DNA from: Acidobacteriota bacterium | GTDB lineage: Bacteria; Acidobacteriota; UBA6911; RPQK01; JADFOI01 | Length of the DNA stretch: 64,000 nucleotides | Assembly (NCBI GenBank): GCA_963663035.1 | Contig: OY760074.1 | Location: 672,001-736,000, forward strand | Direction of reading: 5' to 3' | Translations under genes and position numbers: made by a program | Notes under the pieces: model-generated | Seen by the model: the letters and a program-made list of their open reading frames with translations, nothing else | Databases searched by the model: none | What the model was told of the DNA's origin: nothing | In this document: one piece after another, positions 58,743 through 64,000 of the stretch | Position numbering within the stretch: position 1 is the stretch's first letter | How the letters are laid out: every line of letters begins with the position of its first letter

Positions 58743-59924
58743 ATGGATATCGTCAAAGAACCCAATATCGATTGGCTGGGCATGAAGTGGATCTTTTTCG
58801 GTATATCGGCATTTCTCATGATAACGGGTGGGATTTTCATGTTGAGCAAGGGGCTGAATCTGGGTGTGGACTTCACCGGGGGAACGCTGGTCTATGTGAA
58901 GTTCAAAGAGGAGCCTCAGCTGGACCAGATCCGCCAAACCCTGACTGCAGAGGCCCTGAGGGCAGAGGAAGTCATACGCTTTGATGATCCCTCGCTCAAC
59001 CAGGTTCAAATCCGGATGGCGAGCGTCGAAGGTGAGGAGGCCCAGGATCTCACCCTTGACACCGGCCAGGTCTTTGAGGCCCTGCGTGCAGAATATGATC
59101 AAAGCCAGGTGGAGACGGGGAAAATGGACCTCAATAATATTTCCAGGAGGCAGTTGTCCGCCCGTTTACAGGAATTGGATCCCGAAAACCTTGTCGATGA
59201 GCTGGCCATCTCGGAGATCGGTGAGCACTACAGCGAGGTGGCTGACCAGGTCATCGACTATCGAACCGATCAGGGCGGAATGATCCAGGATTTTTCAGAA
59301 CTGAATCAATTGGGGCTTCCCACGGCTGCTACAACCACACTCGGTGAGGAGTCCTACCTGGGCAGTTTCACGGTTATCAGCGTAGAAAGCGTGGGACCCA
59401 AGGTCGGCCAGGAGTTGAGGACACGAGCACGTGATGCGATCCTTTTCTCACTCATCGGAATGTTGATCTATATCGCCATTCGGTTTTGGCCCATTTATGG
59501 TTTAGCGGCGCTAGTGGCCGTTTTTCACGATGTGCTCATCACCGTTGGAGCCTTCTCCATAACGGATCGGGAGATTTCACTCACCGTGGTGGCAGCACTG
59601 CTGACCCTGGTGGGATATTCCATTAACGACACAATCGTTGTCTTCGATCGGATAAGGGAGAACTTGAAGCTGATGCGTCGAAGCGACCTGACTACGATCA
59701 TCAATACCAGCATCAACCAAACCTTGAATCGGACGATCATGACTTCCGGGATGACCTTTCTGGCCGTCTTCTCTCTTTACTTATTTGGAGGTCAGGTCCT
59801 GAGGGGATTCTCCTTTGCGCTTGTGATCGGTATCATCGTGGGAACCTTTTCCTCCATCGCGATTGCGAGTCCCATTGTTCTCTGGTGGCAAACCACTTTA
59901 GACAGGAGAAAGGCACGTCGCTAG
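58743..59924 (+). CDS. secF: Protein translocase subunit SecF with a periplasmic insertion
   Basis: GVDFTGG, VGPKVG, FHDVL, GYSINDTIVVFDRIREN. Confidence 0.96.
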   Translation: MDIVKEPNIDWLGMKWIFFGISAFLMITGGIFMLSKGLNLGVDFTGGTLVYVKFKEEPQLDQIRQTLTAEALRAEEVIRFDDPSLNQVQIRMASVEGEEAQDLTLDTGQVFEALRAEYDQSQVETGKMDLNNISRRQLSARLQELDPENLVDELAISEIGEHYSEVADQVIDYRTDQGGMIQDFSELNQLGLPTAATTTLGEESYLGSFTVISVESVGPKVGQELRTRARDAILFSLIGMLIYIAIRFWPIYGLAALVAVFHDVLITVGAFSITDREISLTVVAALLTLVGYSINDTIVVFDRIRENLKLMRRSDLTTIINTSINQTLNRTIMTSGMTFLAVFSLYLFGGQVLRGFSFALVIGIIVGTFSSIAIASPIVLWWQTTLDRRKARR

Positions 59925-60134
59925 CCCGCATTTTTCACACCAGGTCGTCGCGAAGCGGTGGAAGGGCCGGCCGACAAGGCGCGCGAGGGGTACCCGCCAC
60001 GGGTCGGCCCCCGCAGACGTGCTCTTGAGTACGTTGAGGAGGCCGAGGGGCACCCGCACTGGTGTGCGGGTCGCGCAACGAAGTCAGGTCGGATCATTGC
60101 GCCGATGCAGTAGAGCGGGTGTGAGAAATGCGGG
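59925..60134. mobile_element. MITE copy 5 (type-B ends, no REP doublet)
   Basis: CTAG|CCCGCATTTTTCACAC ... GTGTGAGAAATGCGGG. The left CTAG contains the secF stop codon. Confidence 0.85.
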
Positions 60135-60214
60135 CTGAGAGAAGCATCTCGTAACCCAATATGTGTGATGATGTTACGGGAATTAGGAGAAGAAAAATAA
60201 TCTTGAACTCAATC

Positions 60215-60243
60215 TTGACTCAACTTGAAGCCGGTAGTAGTAT
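60215..60243 (+). promoter_or_regulatory. Probable sigma70 promoter of tonB (TTGACT-N17-TAGTAT)
   Basis: Near-consensus hexamers with 17-bp spacing. Confidence 0.55.
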
Positions 60244-60308
60244 TGCGCGAACCGACGACTGCGTGCAGCGCAGCGCTTCAAAAGTCAGGGTTAGGAAGGG
60301 GAGAGTAG

Positions 60309-61049
60309 ATGTTTGAGAATCTGATTGAATCTTCGCCCGATCGAGCTGGTCAAAACAAGACGACCCTGTTAATTTCCTTTGTCGTCCACACCGTTATCAT
60401 TGTGACGCTGTTGCTCATCCCATTGATCTATTACGATGTATTGCCCGAGAGTGAACTGTTGACTTTCCTGGCTGCACCACCACCACCGCCACCACCACCG
60501 CCGCCGCCGCCACCTCCGACTGCACCGCCTCCGCCAGTGCAGCAGGTACAGGTTGTGAAGTTGGATCCGACACAGTTCGTGGCACCGATTGAGATTCCCA
60601 CGGAGATCCCTCCTCCCATGGATGATATTCCGGAAATCTCCAGTATTTTGGACGCGACTGCGGGAGGCCTTCTGGGTGGGGTTCCCGGTGGGATTGTGGG
60701 TGGAATGCTCGGTGCGGTGCCGGATGCCACCCCGCCTCCTCCGCCGCCACCAAAGAAAAAGGAACCGATCCGAGTGGGTGGGAGTGTTCAGTCCTCCAAG
60801 CTGCTGAAACGGGTGGAACCAACCTATCCTGAACTGGCCAAAAAGGCTCGAATTCAGGGTATTGTGCTTCTGCAAGTTACGGTCGATGAGACGGGAAGAG
60901 TAGCCGATATCAAGATCATACGAGGTCATCCGCTCTTGAACGAGGGAGCCTTATCAGCTGTGCGGCAATGGGAATACTCTCCCACACTGCTCAACGGGGA
61001 ACCGGTTCAGGTGATAGCGACCGTGACGGTGAATTTTATCCTTAGGTAG
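60309..61049 (+). CDS. tonB: Energy transducer TonB
   Basis: SFVVH TM motif, poly-Pro region, C-terminal YPELAKKARIQGIV...AVRQWEY. Confidence 0.93.
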   Translation: MFENLIESSPDRAGQNKTTLLISFVVHTVIIVTLLLIPLIYYDVLPESELLTFLAAPPPPPPPPPPPPPPTAPPPPVQQVQVVKLDPTQFVAPIEIPTEIPPPMDDIPEISSILDATAGGLLGGVPGGIVGGMLGAVPDATPPPPPPPKKKEPIRVGGSVQSSKLLKRVEPTYPELAKKARIQGIVLLQVTVDETGRVADIKIIRGHPLLNEGALSAVRQWEYSPTLLNGEPVQVIATVTVNFILR

Positions 61050-61059
61050 TCTAAACTGT

Positions 61060-61087
61060 TTGACTTTCTTCTGCTGATTTGTAAGAT
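61060..61087 (+). promoter_or_regulatory. Possible internal sigma70 promoter for exbB (TTGACT-N16-TAAGAT)
   Basis: Near-consensus hexamers in the tonB-exbB gap. Confidence 0.4.
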
Positions 61088-61115
61088 GATCCTAACTATT
61101 TCAGGGAGGTAACTT

Positions 61116-61793
61116 ATGAGTGGTTTTATGGAAATGTGGGGACAGATGGGGTATCTGGCAAAAGCCGTGGTGGCTGTCCTTGGCCTGATGTCCATTTGGT
61201 CGATTTCAGTGATGATTGAGCGCTATCTCAAATTTGCAGCGGCTCGGAAGCAGTCCCGTGAGTTTGCGCCTGCTGTCTCAGAGGCTTTGAAAAGCGGGAA
61301 TATTAGTGAGGCCATTGAGCTGGCGGAGCAACATGACAAGAGCCACCTGGCCAAAGTTGTGGTGGCTGGTCTTCAAGAGTTTCACGCCCATGAGGGTTCG
61401 ACTCGAATCCCGGGTGAGATCATCGAAGCCTCCCGAAGAGCCCTTCAGCGGGCCACTGCGATTGGAATCGAGGAGCTCAAAAAAGGTCTGGGAGGGTTGG
61501 CAACCATTGGTGCCACCGCGCCTTTCGTGGGGCTGCTTGGAACCACGGTAGGGATCATTAACGCATTTCTGGGAATGGCCGCCGGGGAAAATGTGGGATT
61601 GGCCGCCGTGGCCCCAGGCATTGCCGAGGCACTGGTTGCTACGGCGTTCGGACTCTTCGTAGCAATCCCGGCCGTGTGGATGTACAACTACTTCACCGGG
61701 AAAATCGAATCCTATATCGTGGAAATGGACAACTCCTCTTCCGAGTTGATCGATTATTTCCTGAAGCGGAGGGCTGAGAAGCATGGCGACTAG
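61116..61793 (+). CDS. exbB: MotA/TolQ/ExbB proton channel protein
   Basis: LATIGATAPFVGLLGT, GIAEALVATAFGL. Confidence 0.92.
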   Translation: MSGFMEMWGQMGYLAKAVVAVLGLMSIWSISVMIERYLKFAAARKQSREFAPAVSEALKSGNISEAIELAEQHDKSHLAKVVVAGLQEFHAHEGSTRIPGEIIEASRRALQRATAIGIEELKKGLGGLATIGATAPFVGLLGTTVGIINAFLGMAAGENVGLAAVAPGIAEALVATAFGLFVAIPAVWMYNYFTGKIESYIVEMDNSSSELIDYFLKRRAEKHGD

Positions 61794-62211
61794 TCGTGGC
61801 GGCGAAAGTGGAGTCAACTCGGAGATCAATGTCACTCCCATGGCCGACGTGATGTTGGTTCTGCTCATCATTTTCATGATCACCGTGCCGCTGTTGCAAC
61901 AAGGGGTTTTTGTCAACAAGCCGAGGGCGAAAAATGCCCAGGAAGCGCCTGATGTGGATGATGAGGATGCCACCATGGTGACCGTGACTCGCCAGGGGGG
62001 CGTGTACATCAATCGTGATGCAGTCCCCCCCAACCTGATTGTTGAAAAGCTTATGGAGCGAGTCGCGCTCAAACCCGAGTTGCCGCTTTTTATTAAGGCC
62101 GATGTGGCTGTCCTCTATGGGACCGTTGTCGATCTTGTTTCAAAGGCCCGTGAGGCGGGAGTGGAACAAATCGGTTTGATGGTGGATCGGGATGTGGAAG
62201 GAGGGAGGTAG
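61783..62211 (+). CDS. exbD: ExbD/TolR family protein (copy 1)
   Basis: EINVTPMADVMLVLLIIFM. Confidence 0.92.
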   Translation: MATSRGGESGVNSEINVTPMADVMLVLLIIFMITVPLLQQGVFVNKPRAKNAQEAPDVDDEDATMVTVTRQGGVYINRDAVPPNLIVEKLMERVALKPELPLFIKADVAVLYGTVVDLVSKAREAGVEQIGLMVDRDVEGGR

Positions 62212-62217
62212 TCACTT

Positions 62218-62646
62218 ATGTCTATGGGAGGTAAAAGCGGAAAAGGGGCCTCATCCGATATCAACATCACCCCTTTCATCGATATTCTCCTGGTGCTGCT
62301 CATCATCTTTATGGTGATTCAGCCCATGATCCAGTATGATCTGGAGGCTCGCGTTCCTCAGAAACTTCCCGATGAGCTTCCTGAAGATTTGATCATCAAA
62401 TCAGATGCCATCGTTGTGTCCATTGACCGTCAGGGTGCTTATCGTATCAATCAGGACCCGGTCAGATTTAACAATTTGGGATCCAGACTCTTTGAAATCT
62501 ACAGCTCCCGCGCCAACAAGAATATGTTCATCCTGGGAGACGTGGATCTTGCCTTTGATGACGTGGTCAGGGTGATCGATATCGCCAAGGGAGCCGGGGT
62601 CGGGGATATCGGGCTCTTGACACCCGAGGACCAGCCGGGTGGATAA
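62218..62646 (+). CDS. exbD: ExbD/TolR family protein (copy 2)
   Basis: DINITPFIDILLVLLIIFM. Confidence 0.92.
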   Translation: MSMGGKSGKGASSDINITPFIDILLVLLIIFMVIQPMIQYDLEARVPQKLPDELPEDLIIKSDAIVVSIDRQGAYRINQDPVRFNNLGSRLFEIYSSRANKNMFILGDVDLAFDDVVRVIDIAKGAGVGDIGLLTPEDQPGG

Positions 62647-62675
62647 GAGACCACAAGAAGGCCGAGTTATTTAGG

Positions 62676-63521
62676 TTGGAGGCAAAAATGGGAATGCATT
62701 TGCCGAGAAGAACAGTTGTCTTGGTGGCGATGCTCGTCTTGAGCTTGACGGCATCCAATTGTGGCTGGTGGGACGGCCTGAGCGCCCGCAATGAGCTCAA
62801 TAAGGGAGTGAAGGCCTACACCGGTAAGCAATACAATGAAGCGATTGAGCACTTCGAACTGTCCATTGAGAAGGATCCGGAGTTAACCAGGAGCTATCTT
62901 TATCTGGCTATAGCCTATCGCGCCCAATATGTTCCCCAGGGAACGAGCCCGGAAAATATGGAGAAGGCCAACAAGGCGATTGCAACCTTCGAAGAAGTCC
63001 TCCAGAGAGATCCCAGTGCTGGGGATCAAGCCACGGCCATGGCGAACCTGGCCGGTCTATACACCGGAATGGGCGAGTTCGATAAGGCTCGGGAGTGGTA
63101 TGGCAGACGCATGGAGTCTGAGCCGGATAACCCTGAACCTCTGTATGGGATCGCCACAATCGATTGGCAGATTTCCTACGATGAGACGGGTATGACCGGT
63201 GAGAGTGTAGAGTTCCTGGATGAGGAAAGAAGGGTAGAGATCGATCAGCTTGTGAGTGAAGGCATAGAGAATTTAAAGAAGGCTTTGGAGCTCGATCCAG
63301 AGTATGTGGATGCCATGCAGTACCTGAACCTGCTGTACCGCGAAAAGGCCAAGCTCGAACAGGATGAGGAGGCACAGCGAGACTGGGAGCGAGAAGCGGA
63401 TAAGCTGGCTTTACAGGCCCTGGAGCTGAAACGTGAGCAGGAAGCAGAAGACGCAGAAGCTCGACGATCGGTGACCGGGGGCAAGAAGAGTAGCCAGCCC
63501 GTCAAACACTGGAAATTGTGA
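62676..63521 (+). CDS. TPR-repeat lipoprotein
   Basis: ASN|C lipobox-like site; TPR helices (YNEAIEHF, KKALELDPEYVDAMQYL). Confidence 0.82.
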   Translation: MEAKMGMHLPRRTVVLVAMLVLSLTASNCGWWDGLSARNELNKGVKAYTGKQYNEAIEHFELSIEKDPELTRSYLYLAIAYRAQYVPQGTSPENMEKANKAIATFEEVLQRDPSAGDQATAMANLAGLYTGMGEFDKAREWYGRRMESEPDNPEPLYGIATIDWQISYDETGMTGESVEFLDEERRVEIDQLVSEGIENLKKALELDPEYVDAMQYLNLLYREKAKLEQDEEAQRDWEREADKLALQALELKREQEAEDAEARRSVTGGKKSSQPVKHWKL

Positions 63522-63522
63522 G

Positions 63523-63554
63523 GAGAGGGACTATCAATCCCTCTCTTTTTTTTT
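63523..63554 (+). terminator. Rho-independent terminator
   Basis: GAGAGGGA-loop-TCCCTCTC followed by T9. Confidence 0.88.
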
Positions 63555-63578
63555 GTCCAAAACCCCTGTTTCCCTAAG

Positions 63579-63786
63579 CCCGGATTATGCATAAATTCTC
63601 TACTGCAGTGCCGCAATCATCCACGCTGACTGCGTTGTGCGACCCGCAAAGCGGGTACCCCTTGGGCTCCTCGGCGTACTACATGAGTACGCCTGCGGGG
63701 CCCGACCCGCAAGCGGGTACCTCTCGCACGCCTTGTCATCGCGGCGCCAGCGGCACTTCGTCACGAGAACCTATGCTTAATCCGGG
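63579..63786. mobile_element. MITE copy 6 (type-A ends, no REP doublet)
   Basis: Ends CCCGGATTATGCATAA ... CTATGCTTAATCCGGG; shared core. Confidence 0.85.
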
Positions 63787-63826
63787 CCAAGCCTTGTTCC
63801 AGGTGGTAAAATGAGTCGAAGACATT

Positions 63827-64000
63827 ATGATTCGCTTTGAGGATCTGGAGGAAAGAGTTCAGCAATATCACCCCGAAGCAGACATGGAGCTGCTCAGGAA
63901 AGCCTATGTCTTCTCTGCCCGAGAACACAAGGGGCAAACTCGCCAGTCCGGGGAACCCTATCTCTCCCATCCTTTGAAGGTAGCCCATATTCTCGCTGAG
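63827..64000 (+). CDS. relA: RelA/SpoT (p)ppGpp synthetase/hydrolase, 5' part
   Basis: Manual translation gives MIRFEDLEE...AYVFSAREHKGQTRQSGEPYLSHPLKVAHILAE. Confidence 0.92.
   Translation, partial: MIRFEDLEERVQQYHPEADMELLRKAYVFSAREHKGQTRQSGEPYLSHPLKVAHILAE

Noticed and set aside
60472-60536. CCA/CCG triplet repeat
   Set aside because: Encodes the ordinary poly-proline spacer of TonB.

Overview
A 64-kb window of mostly core chromosome, probably from an Acidobacteriota genome. This is inferred from Oar-like TonB-dependent receptors, a GWxTD protein, bshC, a short PheT and a tonB-exbB-exbD-exbD-TPR cluster. Housekeeping content: thiS-thiG-aroB-ubiE, tsaE-nnr, mltG-ruvX, hup, tRNA-Val(GAC), thrS-infC-rpmI-rplT-pheST-zapB-zapA-rny-ymdB, uvrA, tgt-yajC-secD-secF and the start of relA. 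Type IV pilus/competence genes are dispersed: four minor pilins, a pilin, pilD and comEA. An ECF sigma / anti-sigma-vWA / alpha-2-macroglobulin locus is split by an IS1380 element. The most notable unannotated signals are: (1) a four-helix-bundle (Avd/IVS-like) gene enclosed by inverted heptamer arrays made of tandem AGGAGG, with an 'empty' array pair nearby; (2) six copies of a modular MITE whose ends match the IS1380 ends, with compensatory end changes and an optional nested REP doublet; (3) a shared bipartite motif TCGYAGATT-N11-GCGTTRTAG in front of comEA and the minor-pilin operon; (4) a ComEA-like helix-hairpin-helix insert in SecF; (5) a CtpA-like protein lacking both catalytic residues. 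All calls were made by eye; no database searches were run.
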